DNA of 64,000 bases from a virus (lineage: Duplodnaviria > Caudoviricetes), in IMG/VR virus record IMGVR_UViG_3300018405_000011. One strand, written 5' to 3'. The notes below the pieces were generated by a model that worked only from the letters and a program-made list of their open reading frames with translations, ran no database searches and was not told where the DNA came from. Each line of letters opens with the position of its first letter. The stretch's first letter is position 1. Shown here piece by piece: positions 1 through 10,014 of this stretch. The translations under genes were made by a program, and so were the position numbers.

Positions 1-28
1 TTTCCTTTATACTAAGTACCGATGGTAA

Positions 29-760
29 TTAAACTTTCTTTTTGACAATAAGAAGGTCGGCTATAATATCTTCACTTAGTGTTTTAATCGCGTCTAAATC
101 TGTAAGGGCATTTAGCGAGTGTTTACGGGAGCGTACCACATTAAGTTCTGTTTTAGCTGCGCGAAGGGCTTTAGCTTTCTTAAGCACAGTAATAGCGGCC
201 GTTTTAGGACTGACACCTGCGGCAATACAGTACGCTGTGAGATTAGGCCCCATGTCACCGGTATAGTCTTGCTCTGTAAAAGCAATAGCTTCGGCTTCCG
301 TCTCAGCGTAACTGTCTGCAAACGCGGTCCATTGATTTAGAATGGAAAGTGCAGTAGTATCGATGTTTGTCTTAGCATCGCTAATAGCGGCATTGAGCTG
401 CTTAGAGTTACCGCTATCAGTTAGTACCCACTTATCATTTTCAAAGATGTGATATTTAGAAGGGCGTTCTAATAAAGTCCAACCCTCTTTAATAGGACCT
501 AATTCTTTAACAGTGTCGGTTTCTGTATTCGTAATAGAATAAATGGTTTTACCACGGTGGTCGGCGACGTATTCTGTCGATGTGGGTCGTCCATTTTCAA
601 AGTTACAAACACGAACGACGAAGCCCTCTTTAGGTTCTGACGGCTTAACGAGAAGTGCATCTCTTGGATATTCTCGTAGTGCAGAAAAACGAGTAGTTGA
701 AATACCTTTCTGATTAACAACCAGAGTCTCTTTGTTATAGGTGTAATAAAAGTCAATCAT
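29..760 (-). CDS. tail fibre assembly chaperone (Tfa/Caudo_TAP-like)
   Basis: Motifs 'EYVADHRGKTIYS' and 'ELGPIKEGWTLLERPSKYHIFENDKWVL' are typical of lambda Tfa-like chaperones. Likely start is MIDFYY at 760, an ATGA overlap with the upstream stop; the track extends it to 778. Lies directly after a fibre gene. Confidence 0.75.
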   Translation of the reverse strand: MIDFYYTYNKETLVVNQKGISTTRFSALREYPRDALLVKPSEPKEGFVVRVCNFENGRPTSTEYVADHRGKTIYSITNTETDTVKELGPIKEGWTLLERPSKYHIFENDKWVLTDSGNSKQLNAAISDAKTNIDTTALSILNQWTAFADSYAETEAEAIAFTEQDYTGDMGPNLTAYCIAAGVSPKTAAITVLKKAKALRAAKTELNVVRSRKHSLNALTDLDAIKTLSEDIIADLLIVKKKV

Positions 761-1476
761 AGTGCGTATCCTACCCATTCAATGTATGCCTTTGGTTGCG
801 TTTCTGCTCCTGTTCTTGCCACCCTTGAGGCATCAAAATTTGCGATACCATAAGATGATGCGCCCGTGTATGTTGTCGGGAACGCATAATACTGATTACC
901 ATGCATAGGTGCCCCGAAAATTGCCCCAGTTGCGGTACGCATCCAGCCAGCCGTTTCACTACCATGACCACCAAAGGAGCCGACAATATTCTGCAATTGG
1001 TCTTCATGCGTTTCACCCGCAAGCCATGCTGTACCATTGGCAGCACGAACAAAACGCCCTTGTCGGTCTGGAATATTGATTAATGTATTGTCTGTTTCAT
1101 CAATCCATTCAGGCTTTGCAGCAACCAGTGAGTGATACACCGCTACAGGTAATTGCTGACCAATACCTACCACCATATTTTCTGGAACATTGTCATTATC
1201 CCAGTACAATGTTTCACCTGGCTGTTTATTAACATACGGTTTCCAATAAAAAGGTTTTGTTACATCTACCCATCCAGGTCTACGGTTAGCCGTATCTAAA
1301 GGGTCTTTACCTGCCAACGATTCTACATTAGAATACCACTCCCAATAATGGAGTTGCCCGGTAGTAATATCGATAGTATAACAGACTTCCCCTAGTACAT
1401 ATGTCCGTGTAGGGTCATAGATACCAAACCGAGTTCTGTTTTCGGCATGCTGCCGTGCTAATGATTTAGCTGTCAT
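757..1476 (-). CDS. tail fibre protein with tail-collar-like domain
   Basis: 'GQQLPVAVYHSL...NIPDRQGRFVR...HEDQLQNIVGSFGG...ETQPK' resembles the collar plus C-terminal tip of P2 gpH-like fibres. Confidence 0.65.
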   Translation of the reverse strand: MTAKSLARQHAENRTRFGIYDPTRTYVLGEVCYTIDITTGQLHYWEWYSNVESLAGKDPLDTANRRPGWVDVTKPFYWKPYVNKQPGETLYWDNDNVPENMVVGIGQQLPVAVYHSLVAAKPEWIDETDNTLINIPDRQGRFVRAANGTAWLAGETHEDQLQNIVGSFGGHGSETAGWMRTATGAIFGAPMHGNQYYAFPTTYTGASSYGIANFDASRVARTGAETQPKAYIEWVGYAL

Positions 1477-1550
1477 TCTTATTTTCTCCTATGAGAAAAA
1501 GGCTCTTCTCTTTATAGAGAAGAGCAAGTATTATTTACTGTAAAAAGAGA
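1477..1550. repeat. intergenic direct repeat copy 1 (terminator plus RBS hairpin)
   Basis: CATTCTTATTTTCTCCTATGAGAAAAAGGCTCTTCTCT is identical at 1474 and 3750 (38 bp); TACTGTAAAAAGAGATTA is also shared. Confidence 0.9.
1502..1525 (-). terminator. intrinsic terminator-like hairpin
   Basis: GCTCTTCTCT-TTAT-AGAGAAGAGC, a 10-bp stem followed by a T run on the minus strand. Confidence 0.6.
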
Positions 1551-2486
1551 TTAGAGTTCTGCGTCTAAGTGAACGAATCCAATTAAATACCCATCAATGG
1601 TAAGATTACCGCCACCGCCAAAACTAACAAAGGTAGCTCCTAAATATGTGACGGTCATTACACGGTTTGCAATAATGCTGGAGCCTTGGTCATACTGCGT
1701 AAAGTAACCGGGCAGTTCATTATTAACGTTAGTAAGGGTCACCGTAGGGGTTTCTCTAAGTTTAACAGGGAATGTTATTGACGGCGCTGATAGAAGATAA
1801 ACCGTGTTTATGTTAGATTCAAAACGTATTCTTTGGTAGAAACGTTTACACCTCTGTAACGTCTCGCCTTCTCCCATCTGAGTCGTCTCAGTAGCCGTAT
1901 CCCCAAACTCTAACTTAGGTGACCCGATATAGGTTACATTTAAGTGTGTTTGCTGAGGAAAGATAAACAGTGACAAGTGATGGTTATTTGTACTTGTAAA
2001 GTCAAATCCCTGTTCATCAAACTCGGGGATTTCAAAGGTATAAGTGAAGTAATCAATCCCGCCTGTACAGACGCCTATCGTAACAGGCGATGTACTAAGT
2101 ACGTCTGTATAGATGGAATCCCTTACTTGAACCTGCGCTTGAATCTCTTGCCCGGCTACGCCCTGTACTAAACAGCTAAACGTAACGGTTTTCCCCTTAA
2201 AACGTAAAGCATTCTCTATACGCTGTTCCATGTTACGGTTACTGCCAATTACTGAGGCAGCCGCGAATGCAAAGGGACGAACATTATTCCAACCTGACGG
2301 CAGTATGCCAACCATGCGTGAAAATGCGGAAGTTTGACCACCTTGGTTTAATATCCATCGGTCAAAGGTATAGCCATCGGCAGTATAGGACCCGCCTATA
2401 CGCTGGTCGATTTCTCCCTCGGCATTAATCAGTAAGTTAGGATTAGAGTACCCTTTGATTAATGCGGGGTTTATTAATTGAGACAT
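1551..2486 (-). CDS. tail fibre / receptor-binding module protein
   Basis: 'NLLINAEGEIDQR...FDRW...PKLEFGDTAT...LQRCKRFYQR...LDAEL' is the same domain type as the C-terminus of 3828-6071. Confidence 0.65.
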   Translation of the reverse strand: MSQLINPALIKGYSNPNLLINAEGEIDQRIGGSYTADGYTFDRWILNQGGQTSAFSRMVGILPSGWNNVRPFAFAAASVIGSNRNMEQRIENALRFKGKTVTFSCLVQGVAGQEIQAQVQVRDSIYTDVLSTSPVTIGVCTGGIDYFTYTFEIPEFDEQGFDFTSTNNHHLSLFIFPQQTHLNVTYIGSPKLEFGDTATETTQMGEGETLQRCKRFYQRIRFESNINTVYLLSAPSITFPVKLRETPTVTLTNVNNELPGYFTQYDQGSSIIANRVMTVTYLGATFVSFGGGGNLTIDGYLIGFVHLDAEL

Positions 2487-2498
2487 TTGGTTTTACTC

Positions 2499-3752
2499 CT
2501 ATCCGCGACGACCGATCTTAAACTGGGTGTAAATATCATTACCATGTCCTTTATTTATACCTAGTCCATGCGGGGAGGCAGCAGCCATGGTATAATGTCT
2601 GATTTTTACACGGGTGATTTCGGTAAGTGTGAAATCATCATGTATTTCAGACCAAGTCATCGGGATATTAGTTCCGTAAGAATAGGCGTTGGTTCCGATA
2701 GAAATTACTTCGTCGGTATCCGCATTAACCATCTCGATCCAATGGCGGTCTACTGAATCGGCAGGGGCCTTGATTGCTATAGGGTAATATTCCCCAGGGC
2801 CTAAAGTCACAATCCCCGTATTAACATCGACCGATGCTCCTACCATGGTATTTTTTATAACGGTATTCAAGGCTCTATCCTGATAACCTGCGATGGATCC
2901 CCCAGCATAACCTGTACGTTTGTCGGCGACATGCAAAATCTGACTAGATAAAGATGCCATTCTGGCAATCTCTAAGGCATTTGCTTCTAACTGAGTTAAC
3001 CATTCTGGAGACGGGATAGGTAAAGCTGCGGTAGCATTACCGGAATAGATATACGGAACGTTTAAGCTCTCTGCTGACTGTACCTTAACCTTACGAATGC
3101 CGATAATGTATCGTAGCTCACCATTGTTAGTGGATGTTAATTTAATAGTCCTGTTATCTATAATGGTGAGTGTAACCTGAGTTTCAGTAACTGCCGTTGC
3201 TGAGTTCAGAGACAATATATTTCCGGAAAACAGAAACTCACTCGGATAGATTAGTGAGTTTCTAACAGTGTTCTCGGTATCCGGCGCGTACGCAATCCCG
3301 ATAATTAAGGAATCATACTCATCAATATCAATCCCTAAATTAAATTCGGTATTAATACCATATGTTCCTATATCCGCAATGACGTCTCTCGCATCATTAA
3401 AGACATCTACGGCTTCTGGACTTAATGGCATTCTAAAAGTCGTAGACCCGTCACCACTAGAGTACTCATTAACATACCCATCACTAAGCTGCTTAGCTAG
3501 CCATTCTGCATCACTGATAAAGTTTCCAGTAAGTTTAGCATGTTCCCATAAGGCAGGGTACGCAACACGTGATAAAGTATGTCCTTTTCTAGGTACCCAT
3601 GCAGGGTCAATAGACCCATTAACTACTGTAGGGGGAAAGTAAGACAATATTCCTACCATCCCTGTCTTAAAGGCATTAAAAGAAGCCGTAAGGGCTTGTA
3701 CTTGTGAAACTAAAGTACCGGATTTACCGGACAGTCTATTTGAATCAGACAT
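2499..3752 (-). CDS. tail fibre protein with tail-collar domain
   Basis: 'GHTLSRVAYPALW...ISDAEW...SSGDGSTTFRMP' is a collar motif. Confidence 0.65.
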   Translation of the reverse strand: MSDSNRLSGKSGTLVSQVQALTASFNAFKTGMVGILSYFPPTVVNGSIDPAWVPRKGHTLSRVAYPALWEHAKLTGNFISDAEWLAKQLSDGYVNEYSSGDGSTTFRMPLSPEAVDVFNDARDVIADIGTYGINTEFNLGIDIDEYDSLIIGIAYAPDTENTVRNSLIYPSEFLFSGNILSLNSATAVTETQVTLTIIDNRTIKLTSTNNGELRYIIGIRKVKVQSAESLNVPYIYSGNATAALPIPSPEWLTQLEANALEIARMASLSSQILHVADKRTGYAGGSIAGYQDRALNTVIKNTMVGASVDVNTGIVTLGPGEYYPIAIKAPADSVDRHWIEMVNADTDEVISIGTNAYSYGTNIPMTWSEIHDDFTLTEITRVKIRHYTMAAASPHGLGINKGHGNDIYTQFKIGRRG

Positions 3753-3827
3753 TCTTATTTTCTCCTATGAGAAAAAGGCTCTTCTCTATTAAGAGAAGAG
3801 CATCATTTATTTTACTGTAAAAAGAGA
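3753..3827. repeat. intergenic direct repeat copy 2 (terminator plus RBS hairpin)
   Basis: Near-identical to 1477-1550; hairpin GCTCTTCTCT-ATTA-AGAGAAGAGC at 3778-3801. Confidence 0.9.
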
Positions 3828-6071
3828 TTATAGCTCTGCATCCAATCGGAAGTCATTCAAGCCGAAACCTGCGGTATTGATACTAGTTCCTGAGAAATAA
3901 GCGTCGCCGGATGTAAATGCCAGAATCACCGAACCCGGATCAATATCTATTGTACTTCCGAAGGAGGCGGAAGGAACGGAACGCATTAAAAAGGCTTCCG
4001 ATACATCGCGGTGCGAGTAATTGCTTGTCCCGCTGTACCAAGCCTGCGCCCGCATGCGAGGATAACGGATGAAAAAGCGCTGGCACTGTCTCGCATTTAC
4101 TGAGTGTTCGACTGGAGTAAAGGCCGTCACTTTATCACCCTCTTCTACCTTAATATCAGCAAATAGGACAAAATGACTATTTGTTGCTACTCCAGTAAAA
4201 TAAGCACTAACCGATACACCGCGTTGAATCGCTTCATGGCTCGCGGTTGCCGTAACCTTAAAGTCTATCCATGTACCGTAGCTACCTAACGCTACGTTTT
4301 GAACCACAACGTCAGTAACAGAAGAAAAGTTATCTTTAGCATCTGCGGTAGCTACTTTTAAGTAGAATTGACTTAAGTCCACGTCACTGCCTAGAGTCCC
4401 GTCTACATATACCTTACCACTAAACGTAAAGATATTCTTAGTAAACGAGTTAGACTCAATACGCTGCTCAATACCTATCGTGCCTGATGTCGAGTCCCCT
4501 AGTTGAGCACACGGGCGTTTAGAAGGGGGTAACAAAGAAGCCGTATCCATCTTCTGAACATAGCCCCCCGCACCTAGCGTAATAAAGCGGTCAGGGCCAT
4601 AATCGCCTAAAGTTAATCCCGTCTCACCACGTTGCCAGTAACTAAAGTCACCGTTAATGATTTTATTCTCATTTACTAAAGCTTTAGGTACGGCTTCGAT
4701 TTTCCCATCGAGTTCATTAATATTCTCTTTAACGGTTAAACCCGTTAATGTAGAACCGGTGTTATCGGCACTAACACTCCCTGCCTCTAACTCGATGATT
4801 TTTAAATCACCTTCACTGAGCAAAAACCATTCTGCTGTAGTAATAGCAGGACTTGTTAAAACAACCTCATTGGTTGCTGAGGACACCGTGTAATCACGTT
4901 CAGGGCGTTGTAATACACCTCCGATAGTCAAACGATACATTTTGGCATTATCGTTTTCCAATCCTACCGCACTTAATCGGGTTTCACCAATATTGACTGT
5001 GCCTTCCCATATTTTGCGAGTATATCCAGCATCTTTAATCGTGCTGACGGACTGCCATGCTTTAATCTGCACAATAGTCTCGTCTGACAGAATACCGCCG
5101 CCGGTTAAAACTATTGTGGTACCGTTACTGAGGTATTCTTCGGTAGGCATTAACGTACCGTTAATGTACAAGTCTACCATGTCGACGATGTGGTCTACGT
5201 AAAACGTATCCGCCCCTGTACCAGGCTGGAATTCATAATTCTTAAAGATTTCCTGGCCGACCTCACTTTCACGAAAACCTGAGGTAATATGCCAGTTCTT
5301 AGCAACTTCATCAAAGCTCCATGTTAAGCGAGCGCCATCCATGTCGATAAAGTACTCAGTGTCATACTCCACTGTGTGGTCTGTACTAGGATGAGGGATA
5401 ATGCGGATGTTATGCACCGAAGCGTTTTCGTCGGTGTCACCAGTCACCGTGGTACTGCCACCATCTGGTTTCTCAGGTAAAGTAATGGTCACCATACCCG
5501 TAACGGCAACATTTTCAGTAGGTACTAAAGCACCGATACCAACGTCTAAAACTGTATCTGCGGTTACAGTAGCATTAATACTACCTCCGGTACCACCCGC
5601 ACCAGAAGCCCCGTACTGAACCCATCCTACACCAGGCATCTTAATTAAGCTAATGCCACCATTGCGTGTCTTTAACTCTAAGTTTTCATTAAGCCCATTA
5701 ATGTTTAATGTCGAAGATAGACTTACTGGGAAGTCCGCCCAACTCGAACCTAAATCAAAGAAAGAGACTCGCGCATAATCTGGCGCAGCATCATCCAGAG
5801 CAATAATAAAACTGCCGGCTGAACTGTTTACAGGATGTAACCAACCCGCTGCAGCAGTACCGGCTGCCGCGACCGTGGCGGCAGCTAAGGGCAAGCCGTT
5901 CATTGATACCCAGCGTCCATCGATGACGGCTTCAATAGCACGCTGGTCGGTAGAGATACGTATTGAACCTTCTAGCGGATTGCTTTGACGTTCTGCTGTC
6001 GTACCGTAAGGGAGAATTAAAGCCCCTAGACGGGCTAACTTTAATCCCCATTGTTTAATAATGGTATTCAT
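3828..6071 (-). CDS. long tail fibre / tail appendage protein (747 aa)
   Basis: 'GTTAERQ...EGSIRISTD...W' fibre motif, Gly-rich hinges, beta-rich repeats, and a C-terminal 'NKIINGDFSYWQRG...CQRFF...LDAEL' domain. Confidence 0.7.
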   Translation of the reverse strand: MNTIIKQWGLKLARLGALILPYGTTAERQSNPLEGSIRISTDQRAIEAVIDGRWVSMNGLPLAAATVAAAGTAAAGWLHPVNSSAGSFIIALDDAAPDYARVSFFDLGSSWADFPVSLSSTLNINGLNENLELKTRNGGISLIKMPGVGWVQYGASGAGGTGGSINATVTADTVLDVGIGALVPTENVAVTGMVTITLPEKPDGGSTTVTGDTDENASVHNIRIIPHPSTDHTVEYDTEYFIDMDGARLTWSFDEVAKNWHITSGFRESEVGQEIFKNYEFQPGTGADTFYVDHIVDMVDLYINGTLMPTEEYLSNGTTIVLTGGGILSDETIVQIKAWQSVSTIKDAGYTRKIWEGTVNIGETRLSAVGLENDNAKMYRLTIGGVLQRPERDYTVSSATNEVVLTSPAITTAEWFLLSEGDLKIIELEAGSVSADNTGSTLTGLTVKENINELDGKIEAVPKALVNENKIINGDFSYWQRGETGLTLGDYGPDRFITLGAGGYVQKMDTASLLPPSKRPCAQLGDSTSGTIGIEQRIESNSFTKNIFTFSGKVYVDGTLGSDVDLSQFYLKVATADAKDNFSSVTDVVVQNVALGSYGTWIDFKVTATASHEAIQRGVSVSAYFTGVATNSHFVLFADIKVEEGDKVTAFTPVEHSVNARQCQRFFIRYPRMRAQAWYSGTSNYSHRDVSEAFLMRSVPSASFGSTIDIDPGSVILAFTSGDAYFSGTSINTAGFGLNDFRLDAEL

Positions 6072-6082
6072 TGATTAACCTC

Positions 6083-7000
6083 TTAGAAATCGGCAAGGAC
6101 TTTATATTTCAACACACCTGAGACCGACGGAGTAAAGACGACATTGACGGTAGTGCCTGTTTGAGTATGAGACACGGCAACCTGTGGTCCAGCAGACTGA
6201 GCCACATTATCGACATTAATCGCCGATTGTCCGGTACCCACTACGGTAGTTACATTACCACCATCCAGTTCACCGGTCGTGGCTCTAAACACATAGGCAC
6301 CTCGATGTGAGGTTTTACCTGCCGCCGTAGTGTACACAGTTACAGGGGCGCCTGCAGTGACCGCTTGGCTGTAAACAACCTCCGTCAGTTTCGCTTCTAA
6401 ATCCGTTTTTAATACGGCATTTTCAATCTTCAAAGCCAGACGTGAGATTTCCACACCGTGGTTTTTACCACCGGAGTAGGGGTCTACAATCGCTTGCGTA
6501 ATTTTCTCTAGCTGACGCTGTAGGATTTCTAAGGCAGAAACCCCCACTAACGCTTGCTCACGTACCCGTGGTGAAAAGTCAATAGCATTGCCATGAAACG
6601 CTGCCCACTCCCACATGTTAGAACGGTCAAACACGGCGGTTGCTACTTGTACCAGCAGCGCCGAGTCTTCATAGCCACCTAGAGCCTGATACGTAATCCG
6701 CACTTCATCGACGTCAATAGCATCTTGATTTAACACGATGTAAGAGAATATACGCTGGCGGGTCGTGCGAGCAGACGCATTTAAAAAGAGCGGAGAGAAA
6801 CCAAAATGGGATTCCGGTATTAAAGGAAACCACACGCCCGCATTCTTACGTCCCTCTACTACGATACTGTCTCCGAAAAAAGGACCGTGTTCAGTAAAGA
6901 CAGAAACGTCGATGCTCATATCGACCGTGTGCAGTTCAGCGCTAATGAGGTTGGCTGGTGATTCACCAGTGGGGTCAAATGTATAATCGGTATAAGCCAT
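6083..7000 (-). CDS. virion structural protein (baseplate/fibre attachment region)
   Basis: N-terminus 'YTFDPTGESPANLISAELHTV' is paralogous to 7013-8005 ('PFDETGQLASNLKTETHVV'); structural cluster context. Confidence 0.5.
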   Translation of the reverse strand: MAYTDYTFDPTGESPANLISAELHTVDMSIDVSVFTEHGPFFGDSIVVEGRKNAGVWFPLIPESHFGFSPLFLNASARTTRQRIFSYIVLNQDAIDVDEVRITYQALGGYEDSALLVQVATAVFDRSNMWEWAAFHGNAIDFSPRVREQALVGVSALEILQRQLEKITQAIVDPYSGGKNHGVEISRLALKIENAVLKTDLEAKLTEVVYSQAVTAGAPVTVYTTAAGKTSHRGAYVFRATTGELDGGNVTTVVGTGQSAINVDNVAQSAGPQVAVSHTQTGTTVNVVFTPSVSGVLKYKVLADF

Positions 7001-7012
7001 GATTAATCGTCC

Positions 7013-8005
7013 TTAGTTTCCTAAACGCGTCGCAGACAATACTGCACCACGGCTAGTATCGCAGATAACACATTGGTTGCTAGACCCGCCGTTTAAACGC
7101 ATCTGTAGTTTTAAGTTTGTGTTTGCTGGGATAGAGTGTGAGATGTTATTGGTGTAAGAGCGACTTACCGTCGTGTTGTTAAGCATCCATCGGTATGAGA
7201 TACTTTCTACGCCAGCATCGACCACTGGGTCTAATGAATGCGAGACTTTATACGTTCCAGCACTGACGACTAGGGCAGTCAGCGGGGTATCAAACCACAC
7301 ATCGGCAGGCTGGGCACCTAAGTCTACATTTTCTACTCCACCAACGTTGGTAAAGAGAGCACTCTCATAATGCACGGTAGACCCGCCCATGCCGTTAGCC
7401 AGTATTGCAGAGGTAAGGCTATTAAGGTTTGTCATGAGTGGGCTAATAAACCCGGTGTCTAGGTCTTTAATATCATTAATACTCAGTTCCGTAAAATGCG
7501 CTTCTATCGCGGTACGGATACGTGTCATTTCTTCAATAACTCGGTTTACCCCGTCCATGTCTGTTACTACGTGCTGATGGCTCGTAGGAGGGAACGTAGG
7601 AGGCGTAATCAAATCTTCCCATAGCACGGTCTGTAAATCTGCTAACGTGCTTAGACCGCTTTCTAGGGCCTGTGTTACGTTAGTGACGAAATCACCACCT
7701 AGGGACTGAAGCTGCAGATGGAATGTCCCTGTCATGTTGACGTCTAACAGGGTAATTGAACCATAGACTTTTTCAGCCATGGCTACATCGGCTGCTTCAA
7801 AATAATGCGAGAAAAAGAAGTCTTCACCATCCACTAAATATCGACCGCTTTCCTCATGAAAGACAGAAAAGCCAGTTTTGAAGAAGGGTGCCCAGTCGGG
7901 GACTATGAACTGGTAGTTCACGCCGTTGATGGCGGAGACAACATGTGTTTCGGTTTTAAGGTTGGATGCCAGTTGACCGGTTTCATCAAACGGTAATAAG
8001 GACAT
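7013..8005 (-). CDS. virion structural protein (baseplate/fibre attachment region)
   Basis: Paralogous N-terminus to 6083-7000; 'PPTFPPTSHQH' motif is common in tail proteins. Confidence 0.5.
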   Translation of the reverse strand: MSLLPFDETGQLASNLKTETHVVSAINGVNYQFIVPDWAPFFKTGFSVFHEESGRYLVDGEDFFFSHYFEAADVAMAEKVYGSITLLDVNMTGTFHLQLQSLGGDFVTNVTQALESGLSTLADLQTVLWEDLITPPTFPPTSHQHVVTDMDGVNRVIEEMTRIRTAIEAHFTELSINDIKDLDTGFISPLMTNLNSLTSAILANGMGGSTVHYESALFTNVGGVENVDLGAQPADVWFDTPLTALVVSAGTYKVSHSLDPVVDAGVESISYRWMLNNTTVSRSYTNNISHSIPANTNLKLQMRLNGGSSNQCVICDTSRGAVLSATRLGN

Positions 8006-8129
8006 GGGTGTTACTCCTGTTTAAAAGGATAGGCTATAGCTCATAAAATTAGCTCTTCCAGACCCTGTCAGCGAATTCTATGCATTTTAAAACGATTCTT
8101 TTTCAGTCAGTTTTCAAGGACTATTAATC

Positions 8130-9368
8130 ATGTTCACAGTAATTGCTACTTATTCTAAAATTAACTATGGCTGGAAACCTTCAGACCTAGCAAACACCCC
8201 CTTAGAAGACATCCTTTTGTTACAGGACGCGCGCTTTACAGTAGAATGGGACGGAGACTTTGCCAGAGACTTTCTGGTTAGTGTAAACCGAACCCTAATG
8301 CGCAATGCAGAGTCTACACTTACATTGTCACAGTGGGTAGCTACGTTAGCAGAAGATGCTCTAATCATGACAGACCGAGCTAATGGGCTACGGGACTCGA
8401 GTGTGGTACTCTGCTACGATTTATATGACGTAGCCGAAACGGTAGAGAAGGGCAATGTTAACTATGGTAATGGAGTGGCCATCCCAGAAGGGTTAGAAGC
8501 CGACATCATCTTTAACACGTCGTTTAGTGCTCCAGATTACCGCAGTACGGAAAACTTCAGTAAGCAAATACTCGCGGTAGTCAATGGGCTGATACACCCA
8601 ACGATATATCAGCAAGGGTATATCCATATACTCGGTGCCTATCAGCGCTTCATTAATGAGAAAGACCAACTCATTAATCTGATTGATTTTGCTCAAGTTG
8701 GTGGTATCGATACTTACGAGATTACCGATAGTATGATTCATGAGGTTGAACGTACATTAACCGACCAAGCGCGTTATGTCACCCGCATGGTTGTCACTCT
8801 ACCTGTTGACATCGGTATGTATACCCCTCTATTAGTCTTAGATGGACACCTGCATGTCATTGACGATGAAACATATGAGATTGTAGATAAAGACAAACTC
8901 TTAATTGAAGTCGACCATTACTTAGCCCTACAGAGAGCCGCTAAGAAACCTCGTGATACTCGCACGTGGGTAGACCCGGCGAATCTACAGAAAGTAGGTA
9001 TTAATACCTTAAGCTTCGATGCCCGTAAGTACCTTTCTGACACTTATAGCTTTGTTGTGCTAGTAAAGACATCAGACTTGTCTATCATGCGTGAGCCATT
9101 AGGTGCCTGTATGCAACAGAATACCTACTATCACTATCGTGCACCTAAAGGCATTGTATATTTCGATGACATGTCTATGGCAAACGCCCGTGTTACAGAG
9201 TTTAATGAACACGAAGTGCAACTTTCGACCATGTCAAACAATCGTCCAAGCTGGACATATGAAACCACCCCAGTTACAGACTTAATTGGCTACAGTGAAA
9301 ATGGTTACCCAACACCGAGCCCTCGATATAAAGACGGCTTCGTATTAGAAATGTATTCATTCGCATAA
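8130..9368 (+). CDS. putative virion structural protein
   Basis: 412-aa ORF with RBS (AAGGA), divergent from the fibre operon; function from context only. Confidence 0.4.
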   Translation: MFTVIATYSKINYGWKPSDLANTPLEDILLLQDARFTVEWDGDFARDFLVSVNRTLMRNAESTLTLSQWVATLAEDALIMTDRANGLRDSSVVLCYDLYDVAETVEKGNVNYGNGVAIPEGLEADIIFNTSFSAPDYRSTENFSKQILAVVNGLIHPTIYQQGYIHILGAYQRFINEKDQLINLIDFAQVGGIDTYEITDSMIHEVERTLTDQARYVTRMVVTLPVDIGMYTPLLVLDGHLHVIDDETYEIVDKDKLLIEVDHYLALQRAAKKPRDTRTWVDPANLQKVGINTLSFDARKYLSDTYSFVVLVKTSDLSIMREPLGACMQQNTYYHYRAPKGIVYFDDMSMANARVTEFNEHEVQLSTMSNNRPSWTYETTPVTDLIGYSENGYPTPSPRYKDGFVLEMYSFA

Positions 9369-9378
9369 AAGAAAGAAA

Positions 9379-9408
9379 CTCTCTCCTTATCCTAGGATAA
9401 GGAGAGAG
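9379..9408. terminator. bidirectional terminator / perfect 30-bp palindrome
   Basis: CTCTCTCCTTATCCT|AGGATAAGGAGAGAG between convergent genes. Confidence 0.7.
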
Positions 9409-9410
9409 GG

Positions 9411-10013
9411 TTATGTGACGTATTTTTTTAACTGTTCAGTTAACAGGTTATTTCTTTCAACTAAAACCTGTTCTCTTTCTAGCGCTAACTTAAGTTGACG
9501 GGCATAGGTGTCGCGATAGTTAACGTTCGCTTGCCTTGCCACTTCTAAGTCCGCGTGTCTCGAGAAACTAACGGAATCAGCAATCAGGCCGGTCATTACC
9601 TTACCCGTGGAATTAATCCCGATATTCGCATCAAGCAATTCCTTTATTGCTGTTACGGTATCAGATAAGTCCATGTCGTTAGGCAAAGCACCTAAATCAA
9701 ACGTGACAAATGTTCGACTATATGGAACGGATTTTGTTGTTGGGAAACTAAGGATGTAACTCGAAGGAACACGTATGGGCGCTTCCGTGTTTGACAATAG
9801 CGTAATAATGTTTTCGTTATTACGCAGGTCACGCAGATAGTCGCTCGTACTTAACCCATGTGGGGCATAGTAAACCGCATAGATATCGACGCCCTCGGCA
9901 TTAAGGGCTTCGAAACCTTCAATCGATTCACAAATGTAAGTGGCCCCAGCCACGACCGTAAACGGCGTCTGGAGCTCATACGTTCCCACGGCTAAATGTG
10001 GAGGGGTAGCCAT
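9411..10013 (-). CDS. putative virion structural protein
   Basis: 200-aa ORF, 1-bp spacing from the upstream gene; context only. Confidence 0.4.
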   Translation of the reverse strand: MATPPHLAVGTYELQTPFTVVAGATYICESIEGFEALNAEGVDIYAVYYAPHGLSTSDYLRDLRNNENIITLLSNTEAPIRVPSSYILSFPTTKSVPYSRTFVTFDLGALPNDMDLSDTVTAIKELLDANIGINSTGKVMTGLIADSVSFSRHADLEVARQANVNYRDTYARQLKLALEREQVLVERNNLLTEQLKKYVT

Positions 10014-10014
10014 A

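Noticed and set aside
1551-4700. Diversity-generating retroelement or invertible shufflon acting on fibre tips
   Set aside because: The paralogous domains are too diverged for a TR/VR pair, no adenine-specific mismatch pattern was evident, the repeats are direct rather than inverted, and no reverse transcriptase or invertase is in the window.
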